From positions 1 to 60,795 of IMG/VR virus record IMGVR_UViG_3300038318_000336: DNA of 60,795 nt; one strand, written 5' to 3'. The stretch's first letter is position 1. The number at the start of each line of letters is the position of its first letter. Made by a program: the position numbers and the translations under genes. The notes below the pieces were generated by a model. That model did no database searches and had not been told where the DNA came from. It was given only the letters and a program-made list of their open reading frames with translations. Shown here in pieces: positions 37,363-47,013 of this stretch. The DNA is from a virus (taxonomy: Duplodnaviria; Caudoviricetes).

Positions 37363-37824
37363 ATGCATTGTTATGTTTGTATTTACAAGTGTCAAGATAT
37401 ACCGATATTCAAAATCGGAGACAATCTTGACACCGAAACAGCGAGTGAGATTAGCGAAGCGCTTAAATCGCCTTATTATCTCGTGGGTTTTCCCGAGGAA
37501 ACCGAAGAATTCTTTTCTTCCTTCTCTCCGACAGAAACAGGAATTTTCAAAATCGCCGAGTATGCTTTTATGATTCTTCATGACGACGGCGAAATAACAA
37601 TTATGAATCTAGATTCCGGGAGCACCGGCAATTCTAGAGGGCGATCTGCAGGGATAAAAAGTCTCCTGCGGGCATTCGAACAAGTTAAAAAACTTGCTGA
37701 ATCCCGAAGACTTTCTCAGCTATACTGCATTATAGCTGATGATGAGAGGGCGAGCTGCCGGCGAAGAGTATATGGGCGGGCAGGGTTTGCCCCTTGCGAA
37801 AGTAGATGGGTGTTAGATTTATGA
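37363..37824 (+). CDS. hypothetical protein (possible GNAT-like C-terminus)
   Basis: 153 aa; RRVYGRAGF resembles GNAT motif B. Confidence 0.55.
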   Translation: MHCYVCIYKCQDIPIFKIGDNLDTETASEISEALKSPYYLVGFPEETEEFFSSFSPTETGIFKIAEYAFMILHDDGEITIMNLDSGSTGNSRGRSAGIKSLLRAFEQVKKLAESRRLSQLYCIIADDERASCRRRVYGRAGFAPCESRWVLDL

Positions 37825-37845
37825 AAGGAAAGGAGGCTGGTAGCT

Positions 37846-39036
37846 GTGAGATATAGTATTCATCAGGATAACATGGAACGGTTGGAGAAAAAACTCAACC
37901 GTATTTACAACAAATGCAAAAAGTTTGGATGCGAATTCTCTTATCGCAGGGTTGGCGAGGATTTCAGAGAAATAGGAGATGAATCCGGACACACATATAC
38001 CGCAAAATTCATCCTAGTCGAAGCAGAGGGAAGGGCCATTATAAACGGATGGGGGTTCCTGGCCTCCATCGAGCACACCGAAAAAGGCAACATCGTTAAA
38101 TGTGTTGGCGAGACTGAAATTCCTGAAAAATACTATAACAGCGAACCTCTTTGCGAACACTGCAATTACAATCGGAACCGGAAAGACACTTACCTGGTCA
38201 TAAACGAAGAAACAGGCGAGATTAAGCAGGTTGGGAAGAGTTGCTTGAAAGATTTTACGGGCGGCCTGGACGCCGGGGCAGTAGCCCATTATATAAGTCT
38301 GTTTGACGAACTGATAGTTGGCGAAACTCCTCCTGGAGGCAGAGGAGAAAGGTATTATAGGATAGATGACTTTTTACGATATGCCGCTGAGACAGTAAGA
38401 TGCTTTGGATATGTTAGCCGGTCAGACGACCCACACGGAAACACTGCAGATAGAGCGTTTGAGTATTTCCTTGTTGAAAACCATGGCTACCTCCTTTCGG
38501 AACAAGTGAGGGAAGCGTTGCTTAAGGAGATGAAAACAGTGAACTTTAACGCTCACTCTGAAGATACGGACCGCAGGGTTGGAGAGGCTCTCTCTTGGGC
38601 CCTGGCTTTAGAACCAAACAACAATTACCAACGCAACCTTAAAACAGTATGCAGCCTTAAATATGTAACCTATAAAAACATGGGAATACTTACTTCCTTA
38701 TTCTCAGCTCATCATCGAGCATTAGAACGCCAGCAGGAGGAAACAGAAAGGCAGCGAGAAAAAGATGCGGAGAGAGCAAGATCAGAACACGTCGGGCAAG
38801 TTGGAGACAGAATTACTGTACAACCCCAATCGACTGAATGTCTAACCAGCTGGGAAACAGAGTGGGGAATCACCAGAGTTTACAAAATCATTGATATTAA
38901 CGGAAATGTTTACACTTGGAAAACCGGAAGCTTCATCGAAGAGGGTGTTAAGCACATTAAGGGCACGGTTAAGGAGCATAAGGAATATGACGGTATGAAG
39001 CAAACTGAGTTGACCAGGTGTAGGCTAAGTGGGTAA
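37846..39036 (+). CDS. phage protein with Zn site and C-terminal OB-fold-like domain
   Basis: CEHC..R.RKDTY...VGKSCLKDF; SEHVGQVGDRI...IKGTVKEHKEYDGMKQTELTR. Confidence 0.8.
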   Translation: MRYSIHQDNMERLEKKLNRIYNKCKKFGCEFSYRRVGEDFREIGDESGHTYTAKFILVEAEGRAIINGWGFLASIEHTEKGNIVKCVGETEIPEKYYNSEPLCEHCNYNRNRKDTYLVINEETGEIKQVGKSCLKDFTGGLDAGAVAHYISLFDELIVGETPPGGRGERYYRIDDFLRYAAETVRCFGYVSRSDDPHGNTADRAFEYFLVENHGYLLSEQVREALLKEMKTVNFNAHSEDTDRRVGEALSWALALEPNNNYQRNLKTVCSLKYVTYKNMGILTSLFSAHHRALERQQEETERQREKDAERARSEHVGQVGDRITVQPQSTECLTSWETEWGITRVYKIIDINGNVYTWKTGSFIEEGVKHIKGTVKEHKEYDGMKQTELTRCRLSG

Positions 39037-39079
39037 AGGGAATTTTGCTTGTTAAAACAAATTTTAAGGAGGAAGAGAA

Positions 39080-39334
39080 TTGTTGATAGAAGTGGGGCAA
39101 GAAGTTTATTATACCGGAGATATGGCTAACACACCCGGAACATTCGAGGTAACAGGGATTTCCGGAAGCGGGTTTTATATCCTAAAAGAGATTGATGGAG
39201 ACAGGGAGTTCACTCCATTTGAAATAGCAGATGAATATGATGGGACTTATTATTATCGTTTCGTAACTACGAAGGCATATGAGGATTACAGGGAACAGCA
39301 GGCATCAAACCTCAAACGGAGGTTTGGGAGTTAA
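39080..39334 (+). CDS. hypothetical protein
   Basis: AAGGAGG RBS; YYTGDMANTPG. Confidence 0.7.
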   Translation: MLIEVGQEVYYTGDMANTPGTFEVTGISGSGFYILKEIDGDREFTPFEIADEYDGTYYYRFVTTKAYEDYREQQASNLKRRFGS

Positions 39335-39378
39335 CGGGCAATTTGTTTCCTGAAGAAAAACAAGGATGGAGGAAAGTC

Positions 39379-39540
39379 ATGAAAAAGAAAGCTTTTGAAA
39401 AACTGGTTTTCATGGGGGCGACCCCGGGAGAGATCGTAAAAGAATTTGCTTGCTATGGCGACCTGGAAAAAGATATGTTAAAAACTATTATAGAGGATGA
39501 CTCTTTCGCGTTGCAGTTAGCGAAGGAATTGCAAAAATAA
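39379..39540 (+). CDS. small hypothetical protein
   Basis: GGAGG RBS. Confidence 0.55.
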   Translation: MKKKAFEKLVFMGATPGEIVKEFACYGDLEKDMLKTIIEDDSFALQLAKELQK

Positions 39541-39682
39541 AGAGAAGGAGATGCAGCTAAAATCAAGAGACATATGGAGGCTTAGCCGCCTCCCGTGACT
39601 GAGACAATACTCTCAAACCTGCTTTGCGGCGGTATGCCGAGGACTCAGCCTGCAGGTGTGGGGAGATATGCAAGGAGGAAAA

Positions 39683-40018
39683 ATGGTGCTGGTATTAACA
39701 TTAAAATCAGGCAACGTTCTGGTTGTTTCTCATGACGAGAATGACGGCACAATGCAAGAGCATAGAAAACAAATAGAGAAGGATTTTGCCGGCCGAGAGC
39801 GAGGCTTCCAAGTAAAGGTTTCTGATTGCGGGCAGGTTGGCGAACCTACGGAAAGGTTTAGCTCTATTTGCAACTGCCCCTTCGATTGTAATGGAGGGGT
39901 GGTTCTGGATATCGACGAGATTATTTTCGTAGATGAGGAAAACTTTAGCCGTCTGTCGCATTTAGGAGAGGAACACTACGCAGGAGGTTCCTCCTGGCGA
40001 AGCAAGGTAATAGAGTAG
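39683..40018 (+). CDS. hypothetical protein
   Basis: AAGGAGG RBS. Confidence 0.65.
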   Translation: MVLVLTLKSGNVLVVSHDENDGTMQEHRKQIEKDFAGRERGFQVKVSDCGQVGEPTERFSSICNCPFDCNGGVVLDIDEIIFVDEENFSRLSHLGEEHYAGGSSWRSKVIE

Positions 40019-40127
40019 CCGGTTTATCCAGCTCGCCCGGAACCGATCCGGGTACCCGCCCGAAAACTCCCCACCTCCAAGTGGTGGGCGGGGGATAACG
40101 CGAAGAGGGAGATTAAGGAGGATAAGT

Positions 40128-40640
40128 ATGTTTGAGAAAAGTTTAATTTTAAATGAAGTTCTTAAAAAGGAATACTCAACAATCGTCGACGCGTATGCTA
40201 GCATGCTGTATCAGATTTGCAACGATATTGAACCTTGGAACAATATTAATTGCGAATATGCGTTAATTGCGAAACAGAATGACCCTCTTATGATAAACGA
40301 AGTATTACATGAGCTGCACACAAAATATCCATCCTTAAGAAAGGACGCTATAAAGCGGATTAGTGATGAATTTGTTAATGAGGTCCGCGTTGCCTTTTAT
40401 GATTATCCTGTCCCTGATAGGGATTCTTCGCGGGCAAAGCCGGTCCCTGAGGCGGAGGAAATTTTGAACCGCTTCAGTGATGACATTGTATATAGGTACG
40501 GGATGACTTACTTCTGCGACCATACGGTAGAAGACTCCATCGAATTTACGATGATAATTATAGATTCGGTAGACCCAAGAACGACCGAACACATTCTTCG
40601 ACTCATAAAAGAAAAGTTTGGAGAGCGTGTGGTGGTATAA
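40128..40640 (+). CDS. hypothetical protein
   Basis: AAGGAGG RBS, 170 aa. Confidence 0.7.
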   Translation: MFEKSLILNEVLKKEYSTIVDAYASMLYQICNDIEPWNNINCEYALIAKQNDPLMINEVLHELHTKYPSLRKDAIKRISDEFVNEVRVAFYDYPVPDRDSSRAKPVPEAEEILNRFSDDIVYRYGMTYFCDHTVEDSIEFTMIIIDSVDPRTTEHILRLIKEKFGERVVV

Positions 40641-40657
40641 TCAGTCAGAGAAAAGAA

Positions 40658-40843
40658 ATGGAGGGAGAGCGGATGAAGAGTTATAGCGTGTTTTACACCC
40701 ATGAAACCTGCCCTCATCGTGAAGGGCAATGGTGCACTGCCATTCCTGGCGAGCATGAAATACATTGCCACTTATCTCCAGGAAAGGGGAAGTGCGAATT
40801 TACTCGGGCGATGCCCGAAAACAAGAAAAAGGAGGAAAGATAA
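40658..40843 (+). CDS. small Cys/His-rich protein
   Basis: fits the gap between neighbours. Confidence 0.5.
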   Translation: MEGERMKSYSVFYTHETCPHREGQWCTAIPGEHEIHCHLSPGKGKCEFTRAMPENKKKEER

Positions 40844-40844
40844 A

Positions 40845-41234
40845 ATGATTAAAAGGATTTATGTCATCATCAATGAGCAGCATGCATTGATGCCAGACCA
40901 GGAGAGGCTTCTCCGGAAGGAGTTCCCGGGTGCAGAAATCGAGAAGGTTCTTGTTCCCGCTGGGGGATGGACGCTGAAAGAAATCAGAGAGAAAAGCGAG
41001 GAGCTGTTTCTTCGCGCTAGAGACGGCAAGGGGGCCATTGTTATGGCATCCCCGATTCCGGCAATGGTCAAACTTCTTGCCGAGCGGAGTATGCTTCAAA
41101 GTATTCAGAATGAGAAGGAATACAAAGGCAATGCCGAGCTATACATCTTGCACAACGACCGCCGGGAGAAAAAAGAACTCCCGAACGGCAAAGTAATCAT
41201 GGTCATTGCCCAAACTGGATGGCAGTTGGTGTAG
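40845..41234 (+). CDS. hypothetical protein
   Basis: AGGAGG RBS; INEQHALMPDQ...HNDRREKKELPNG. Confidence 0.7.
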   Translation: MIKRIYVIINEQHALMPDQERLLRKEFPGAEIEKVLVPAGGWTLKEIREKSEELFLRARDGKGAIVMASPIPAMVKLLAERSMLQSIQNEKEYKGNAELYILHNDRREKKELPNGKVIMVIAQTGWQLV

Positions 41235-41325
41235 TTCTTTTGCAGAGCCGCCCCGCTTCGGCGGGGAATAATGCTCAGCCCCGGTGAAAAGGCCGGGGTT
41301 GGCTAAATCGAAGGAGGAAGGAAAA

Positions 41326-41745
41326 GTGAAAGGTAAATTCTTTGGCTACAATGAAACAGAACCCTGCCAACATTGTGGCGCTCCGAGAGTTATTGAGGAT
41401 TGGGACGACGATGCTTACGTTTCCCCAGGTATTTTACATCCAAAAATCCCCGCAAAATGTGAAATAACGCGTTTATATTGGGACAGAAAGGGTAACGGGG
41501 AGTTATATTGGGAGGCCCCGCAAATGCCTTGGGATGAAAGAGTCCTCAAAGATCCAGATGTCTGTCCGTTATGCGGTGGGAAAATTATTGAAAATGAAGA
41601 GATTGTCCGCATTCATGGCACCTACGGTAGAAGCCATACGGAAGAGAGGATAATTCGCCGTTGCGAAAACTCGCTTCCTACTCCAGCGTGGGTTGAAAAA
41701 GTAGAAGGCTGCCCCAAGTGCTGTGAAAGCTCGCATTGGGGGTAA
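41326..41745 (+). CDS. Zn-ribbon hypothetical protein
   Basis: CQHC, CPLC, CPKC; AAGGAGG RBS. Confidence 0.65.
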   Translation: MKGKFFGYNETEPCQHCGAPRVIEDWDDDAYVSPGILHPKIPAKCEITRLYWDRKGNGELYWEAPQMPWDERVLKDPDVCPLCGGKIIENEEIVRIHGTYGRSHTEERIIRRCENSLPTPAWVEKVEGCPKCCESSHWG

Positions 41746-41772
41746 GAGAAAAACAAAAAGGAGGAATTGATT

Positions 41773-42258
41773 ATGAAAACGAAAGTTACCACCATCACAG
41801 CCGGAAAAACCTTCTCGGGTCGAGAGATGCGCACGCTTTACGAAGCGGCAGGAAAAACTTTTACCCTCCCACCGTGGGACGCGGTGCAGAAAGCGATCGT
41901 CGGAGATGCCGACGACCTTAGGCGGTTCCTCATCGAGGAAAAAGAATCGCTTGCTAACACGCCTTTCTCGGGACCGACCGTCTGGATGCCGGTTTTGTGG
42001 GGAGCAGTCGAAATCCACACTGAAGGCGGTCTGCAGATGTGGGTTACCCCCGAACAGGTCGGTATTGACTTTACCCACGGATCCATCTTAGAAGCGGAGG
42101 AGATAATCGGTCGGATCTGGGCTGATGATCCGGGAGGCCGGCTGGACTACAGCAGGATGGCGGTTTTCTTTTTGCAGGAAGACGGGGATTCCGTGGTCAC
42201 CCTCGACGAGTACGTGGAACCAAGCACACCCGACCCTTGGACGGTATACTTGGGATGA
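41773..42258 (+). CDS. hypothetical protein
   Basis: AAGGAGG RBS. Confidence 0.65.
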   Translation: MKTKVTTITAGKTFSGREMRTLYEAAGKTFTLPPWDAVQKAIVGDADDLRRFLIEEKESLANTPFSGPTVWMPVLWGAVEIHTEGGLQMWVTPEQVGIDFTHGSILEAEEIIGRIWADDPGGRLDYSRMAVFFLQEDGDSVVTLDEYVEPSTPDPWTVYLG

Positions 42259-42259
42259 G

Positions 42260-42586
42260 ATGGAAGAAGAGATAGGGATTAAGAATATTAAACATATTCC
42301 CAACCGCGAAACGGGGGAAAAGGGGGCGTTTCCACAGTTTACCTACGAGGATGAACCTCAGATGATTGTCTCTCCATACGGGAAGATCTTCAACGATGGG
42401 GGAAACATTAAGGCTGTTTCAATAATTAACCCTTCTCCCGTTGAGGCGATTAGATTCTATGAACATATTTTAGACGTATTGCCCCAGGGGTTTGCCGGTG
42501 ATCTTGATAACGGGGTAAGCGTTCGCTACCTCATTAACGAGGCTGGCGACAAAGCATATGTTGCCATCACCGGATGCATGGATTAG
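42260..42586 (+). CDS. hypothetical protein
   Basis: ATG 1 nt after upstream stop. Confidence 0.55.
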   Translation: MEEEIGIKNIKHIPNRETGEKGAFPQFTYEDEPQMIVSPYGKIFNDGGNIKAVSIINPSPVEAIRFYEHILDVLPQGFAGDLDNGVSVRYLINEAGDKAYVAITGCMD

Positions 42587-42668
42587 CAGAGGGTTTGTAG
42601 CCCTATTCAGAGCGTTGAAATTTAACCAGCGTTTTAAGTAGGTTATAAAAACAAAAGTAGAAGGAGGG

Positions 42669-43070
42669 ATGAGAGTGCAGGGCATCGAGAAAATGTCTAA
42701 AGGGCTTTGTAATATACTAAACAGAATTATCGAAGAAAAAATTAACGAAATTTCAGTAGATGATTTAACAGCAATATATACCGATGCAAGGCAATTAACG
42801 GAACGCGATTATTATCGTTATTCTGAAAGTGGACCTATGAAACTAAATCTTCCAGAAGCTCTTATGGTAATTGGCTTTGGCTTTTTGCGGTCAAGGTTAA
42901 GCTATTTTGAGTATCTCTGTGCAAGCAAAGTTGCTAGTATGCGAATCATGTCTTTAAGTTTTATCTATGCGCTTAGCAACCATGGGATAATTGATGAAGA
43001 CGAAGAATTTGACCTTGAAAACCAAAGATTAAGGTTTAATTGCTGGCAAGAAAAAGACAATACGTATTAA
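42669..43070 (+). CDS. hypothetical protein
   Basis: AAGGAGG RBS. Confidence 0.6.
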   Translation: MRVQGIEKMSKGLCNILNRIIEEKINEISVDDLTAIYTDARQLTERDYYRYSESGPMKLNLPEALMVIGFGFLRSRLSYFEYLCASKVASMRIMSLSFIYALSNHGIIDEDEEFDLENQRLRFNCWQEKDNTY

Positions 43071-43095
43071 CAATTAATAAAAGGAGGTACTCCAA

Positions 43096-44268
43096 TTGGC
43101 GAAATATGATGTTACTTATTCTTGTGGTCATACAGACATAATTCAGCTTTATGGCAGCACCAAAGATCGAGAGTGGCGGCTGGCTTGTGAAGAAGAAAAG
43201 CTTTGCCCTGATTGTTGGAAGGCTAAACTAGAAGCCGACCGGCAGAAAAAGAACGAGGAGGCGGCCGAAGTCAACAAAGCGACTGGGTTACCTCCTTTGG
43301 AAGGTTCTGAAAAACAAGTCCCCTGGGCAGAGACGATTAGAAGGGATATCCTTGATATTCCGAACCGAAAAACAGATATTTGGGATCGCCCTTGGGAAGA
43401 TTGGTGCGAAAAGTTTAAACTTCCACCCGAGGATGCGGGGAAAGGGCTTGACTTAATTAAAAAGCATACATCGGCTTCCTGGTGGATTGATCATCGAGGC
43501 CTCAATAAGATGGATTTGATACAACTTATTAAAGAAGAGCTCAAAGCATTCGAAAAAGAATTGTCTCAACCACCGAAAGCTGTTATTGAAGAGGCCAAAG
43601 CCGAGGCCACAATATACCCAGAAAAGCCTGTTTCCGATTTAGTGGCCGAAATTAAGAATAAAACCAATACCATAGAAGTGTTTTACCCGGAACGAAACGA
43701 AACTTTTCGACAACTTGTCCGTTCACTTGGTTTTCGTTGGAACCAAGGATGGAGCCGGAAAGTAGGCCATCTTGATGGTTCTGTCGAGGATAGGGTAGCG
43801 GAAACTGGCAACAAACTTCTTGCTGCTGGATTCCCTGTCCGTATTTACGATGCAGAGCTTCGGCGCAAAGCTATTGCCGGAGAGTATGAAGAGGAACCGA
43901 AAAGATGGATCCTGGCTAGGGTTGAAGGAGAGTATGAGGGGTGGTTGGCTATTTCATGGTCGCGCGAAGGAAATAATTATTATAATGCTGCGCGGAAGAT
44001 TGCCGGCAGTAAATATAGTAGACCTAGTGTAGTTGTCCCGCCGGAAAACTTCATGGAGGTGCTGGATTTTGCTAAGATGTATAAGTTCAATATCTCCGAA
44101 AAAGCGCAAACGATTATCGACACGGCCAGAGAGCTGAAAGAGAAGGCACTTGTTACGGGAGTAAAGGTGCCCGAAAGTGTAAAACCTCCAAAACCAGGAG
44201 ACAAACCTCCTGTGCTGGAAGTGCCTGAAAAGGTTGGTGTGGCAGATGAACTTCGAGACGACGACTAA
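43096..44268 (+). CDS. hypothetical protein coupled to SNF2 helicase
   Basis: LPPLEGSEKQVPWAETIR and SASWWIDHR motifs; overlaps helicase start. Confidence 0.8.
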   Translation: MAKYDVTYSCGHTDIIQLYGSTKDREWRLACEEEKLCPDCWKAKLEADRQKKNEEAAEVNKATGLPPLEGSEKQVPWAETIRRDILDIPNRKTDIWDRPWEDWCEKFKLPPEDAGKGLDLIKKHTSASWWIDHRGLNKMDLIQLIKEELKAFEKELSQPPKAVIEEAKAEATIYPEKPVSDLVAEIKNKTNTIEVFYPERNETFRQLVRSLGFRWNQGWSRKVGHLDGSVEDRVAETGNKLLAAGFPVRIYDAELRRKAIAGEYEEEPKRWILARVEGEYEGWLAISWSREGNNYYNAARKIAGSKYSRPSVVVPPENFMEVLDFAKMYKFNISEKAQTIIDTARELKEKALVTGVKVPESVKPPKPGDKPPVLEVPEKVGVADELRDDD

Positions 44269-45649
44269 ACTAATGCCGCACCAGGTAGATGCCGTTAATA
44301 AACTTTTACAAACTCGTGTTGGCGCTTTGTTTATGGAAATGGGGACTGGGAAAACCAGAACGGTTATCGATCTGGTTCGCCGGCGCCAACACAAAATTGA
44401 CAAGGTGGTTTATTTTTGCCCGGTGTCACTCAAAGAGACTATCCGGCAGGAAGTCCTAAAACACACTACCCTAACCGAGAAAGACATTTATGCTTTCGAC
44501 CATAAAACCAATATGCGTAATATCCCCAAAGTTTATTGGTATATTGTCGGCATAGAATCTATGAGTTCAAGTACACGGACAATTTTGACAACAAATAACT
44601 TAATAACAGAAAATACCTATGTCTCCGTAGATGAATCTAGCTATATCAAAGGGCATAGGTCCCTCAGAACAATGCGTATTACTGCTCTTAGTGAGCGGGC
44701 GCGGTACCGCAATATTATGACTGGCACACCTCTTTCCCAGGGCGTAGTAGACTTATACGCCCAGATGAAGTTTTTATCTCCGAAGATTCTTGGCTATAAT
44801 TCATTTTATAGTTTTGCAGCAAATCACCTAGAATATAGCGAGAAGTTTCCTGGGATGATTGTCCGGGCCCATAACACAGAATATTTGGCGGCAAAGATTA
44901 AGCCATATACTTACCAGGTTACTAAGGAAGAATGCTTAGATTTACCGCCAAAATTGTATGAGACTAGGTGTTTCTGCATGACGCGGGAACAGCTTTATTG
45001 GTATGAACGGGTTAAAGATGATGTGCTGTCGGAATTGGCGATAGACGAATGGGATTCAGTCTCTATATTTAAGTTGTTTACTGCGCTCCAAGAAATAGTT
45101 TCCGGATTCCTTAACTGGAAAGGTAAATCCTACGAGTTTGAAAGTGAACGGCCGGGGGAAATAGTTGATGTAGTTCGCGATATACCAGAGAATGAGAAGA
45201 TAATCATTTTTTGTAAGTTCCAGTACGACATCGACACAATAAAAAAGGCTCTTAGTAAAGAATTCGGCAAGGATTCTGTAGTGACGTTTGATGGTAGGAT
45301 ACCCGAAAAGAAAAGGAATGTTGCCGTAGAACAATTTCGGAGAGAAGCTAGATTTTTAGTTGCTACGCAAGGAACCGGAGGCCATGGTTTTAACTGGCAG
45401 GACCTAGCGGCATATGTGATATTTTATAATAATGGTTTTAAGTATTCAGAACGGATGCAAGCAGAGGATAGAATCCATCGGCCGGGGCAGACGCGGAAAA
45501 CTACCTATATTGATCTTCATTGTATAGATAGCATAGATGACAGGATTGATAAAGCAATGACCAAGAAAGGGAATGCCGTTCGCGCTTTTAAATGTGAAAT
45601 GGACAGGGTGAAAAAGGATGGGATTCGGAATTTAATTAAGGCACTTTAA
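44246..45649 (+). CDS. SNF2-family superfamily-2 helicase
   Basis: MEMGTGKT, DESS, TGTP, QAEDRIHRPGQ. Confidence 0.92.
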   Translation: MNFETTTKLMPHQVDAVNKLLQTRVGALFMEMGTGKTRTVIDLVRRRQHKIDKVVYFCPVSLKETIRQEVLKHTTLTEKDIYAFDHKTNMRNIPKVYWYIVGIESMSSSTRTILTTNNLITENTYVSVDESSYIKGHRSLRTMRITALSERARYRNIMTGTPLSQGVVDLYAQMKFLSPKILGYNSFYSFAANHLEYSEKFPGMIVRAHNTEYLAAKIKPYTYQVTKEECLDLPPKLYETRCFCMTREQLYWYERVKDDVLSELAIDEWDSVSIFKLFTALQEIVSGFLNWKGKSYEFESERPGEIVDVVRDIPENEKIIIFCKFQYDIDTIKKALSKEFGKDSVVTFDGRIPEKKRNVAVEQFRREARFLVATQGTGGHGFNWQDLAAYVIFYNNGFKYSERMQAEDRIHRPGQTRKTTYIDLHCIDSIDDRIDKAMTKKGNAVRAFKCEMDRVKKDGIRNLIKAL

Positions 45650-45675
45650 TATAGAAGGGGAGGTGAAATGCTTAT

Positions 45676-45879
45676 ATGAAAGGTTTTGAAGAAGTCAAGG
45701 AAAAAGCCATGAAAACCAGAAAAGCTTTTCAGGCCGGAGAGATTTCTTACAAAGAAGCGAAAGAACAACTTGCCGATTTTAAAGAACTGTACAACCAAAA
45801 AGCTGAGGAGATCGGCGCAAAGTATAACGTGCAACCTAAAAGGTTTAAATTTAGTGATTTTCTTAAATTTAAAATTTGA
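45676..45879 (+). CDS. small hypothetical protein
   Basis: GGAGGTG RBS, 67 aa. Confidence 0.65.
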   Translation: MKGFEEVKEKAMKTRKAFQAGEISYKEAKEQLADFKELYNQKAEEIGAKYNVQPKRFKFSDFLKFKI

Positions 45880-45892
45880 AAGGTGATTTTAA

Positions 45893-46414
45893 ATGCAAAA
45901 ACTTACTTTCCCTTGTATGGGAGCCAAACTTGTCCCAACCTCAAAGGTACATGCGAATGATTATAACCCCAATCATGTAGCTAGGCCAGAAATGAAGCTG
46001 TTAGTACTTAGTATTGAACAGGATGGATTAACTCAACCCATTGTTACTTTCTACGATAAAAAGAAAGACGAATATATTGTGGTTGATGGTTTCCACCGCT
46101 ATACAATTATCAAAGATTACTTTAAAAGTGATGTTATTCCAGTAGTTGTTATAGACAAGCCAATTGGAGAACGTATGGCCTCTACCATTCGTCATAACCG
46201 GGCCAGGGGAGTTCACAGGGTAGTTGGAGAGGATTCAGCTACCGGGATGAACGATATTGTAGCTCAGTTACAGGAAAACGGATGGGATGATCTCCGGATA
46301 GCGGAAGAGCTGGGAATGACTCCGGAAGAGTTGTTGAGATTGAAACAGACAAAAGGTGTGGCACGAATGCTTAAGGCAAAAGATTACGCAAGTTCGTGGG
46401 AAGGAGGGTTTTAA
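45893..46414 (+). CDS. ibrB: ParB/Srx-like protein (IbrB family)
   Basis: ANDYNPN.VA..EM.LL..SI..DG.TQPIV, VVDGFHRY, STIRHNRARG. Confidence 0.85.
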   Translation: MQKLTFPCMGAKLVPTSKVHANDYNPNHVARPEMKLLVLSIEQDGLTQPIVTFYDKKKDEYIVVDGFHRYTIIKDYFKSDVIPVVVIDKPIGERMASTIRHNRARGVHRVVGEDSATGMNDIVAQLQENGWDDLRIAEELGMTPEELLRLKQTKGVARMLKAKDYASSWEGGF

Positions 46415-47013
46415 TGCTAATTTTAATTAGGGCTGTACAGGGAGAACGAGATGAATATATAGCATATTTACAGAAACATTTACCAGAGGGTGAATTTGTG
46501 TTTGATACTACTAGGAATGCAATGGATACATTTTTAACAGCGATGAAACGCGCAGGAACAAGACCTTGCGTTCATATGGAGGAAGATATCTATATTACAA
46601 AAAACTTCATAAAAAAGCTAGAATCAGCTATAAACGAACGTCCAAACGAAGTTATTCAGTTTTTTTCCATGCGCAAGGCTGACATTGAGGTTGGAAGTAG
46701 ATATGATTACGGGAGAAGCTTTATTGCTAATTTATGTGTTTATCTTCCAGCTGGATACTCAAAAGCCATCTACAATTATTATCCAGAATGGCCACGAAAA
46801 GAAGAACATCCTACCGGATCAGATTTGATGATTGCTGATTGGCTAAAAGAGCGCAAGGAAAAGTACTATATTCACGTCCCAAATTTAGTTCAGCACAGAA
46901 AATGTAAGTCGCTTGTAAATTCAAGGAGATCATGGTTTCGCCAGTCTTTGACCTTTACCGAAGGGATTGAATGCGAATGGCAACTTATCATTCCGCGCTC
47001 CATAAAGAGTTAG
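46414..47013 (+). CDS. GT-A fold glycosyltransferase-like protein
   Basis: VHMEEDI (DxD-like), SDLMI, PNLVQH; TAATG coupling to ibrB. Confidence 0.65.
   Translation: MLILIRAVQGERDEYIAYLQKHLPEGEFVFDTTRNAMDTFLTAMKRAGTRPCVHMEEDIYITKNFIKKLESAINERPNEVIQFFSMRKADIEVGSRYDYGRSFIANLCVYLPAGYSKAIYNYYPEWPRKEEHPTGSDLMIADWLKERKEKYYIHVPNLVQHRKCKSLVNSRRSWFRQSLTFTEGIECEWQLIIPRSIKS

Noticed and set aside
36157-42604. CRISPR array or integron attC sites
   Set aside because: Repeats are few, short, separated by whole genes and lack attC R-box structure; no cas or IntI gene.
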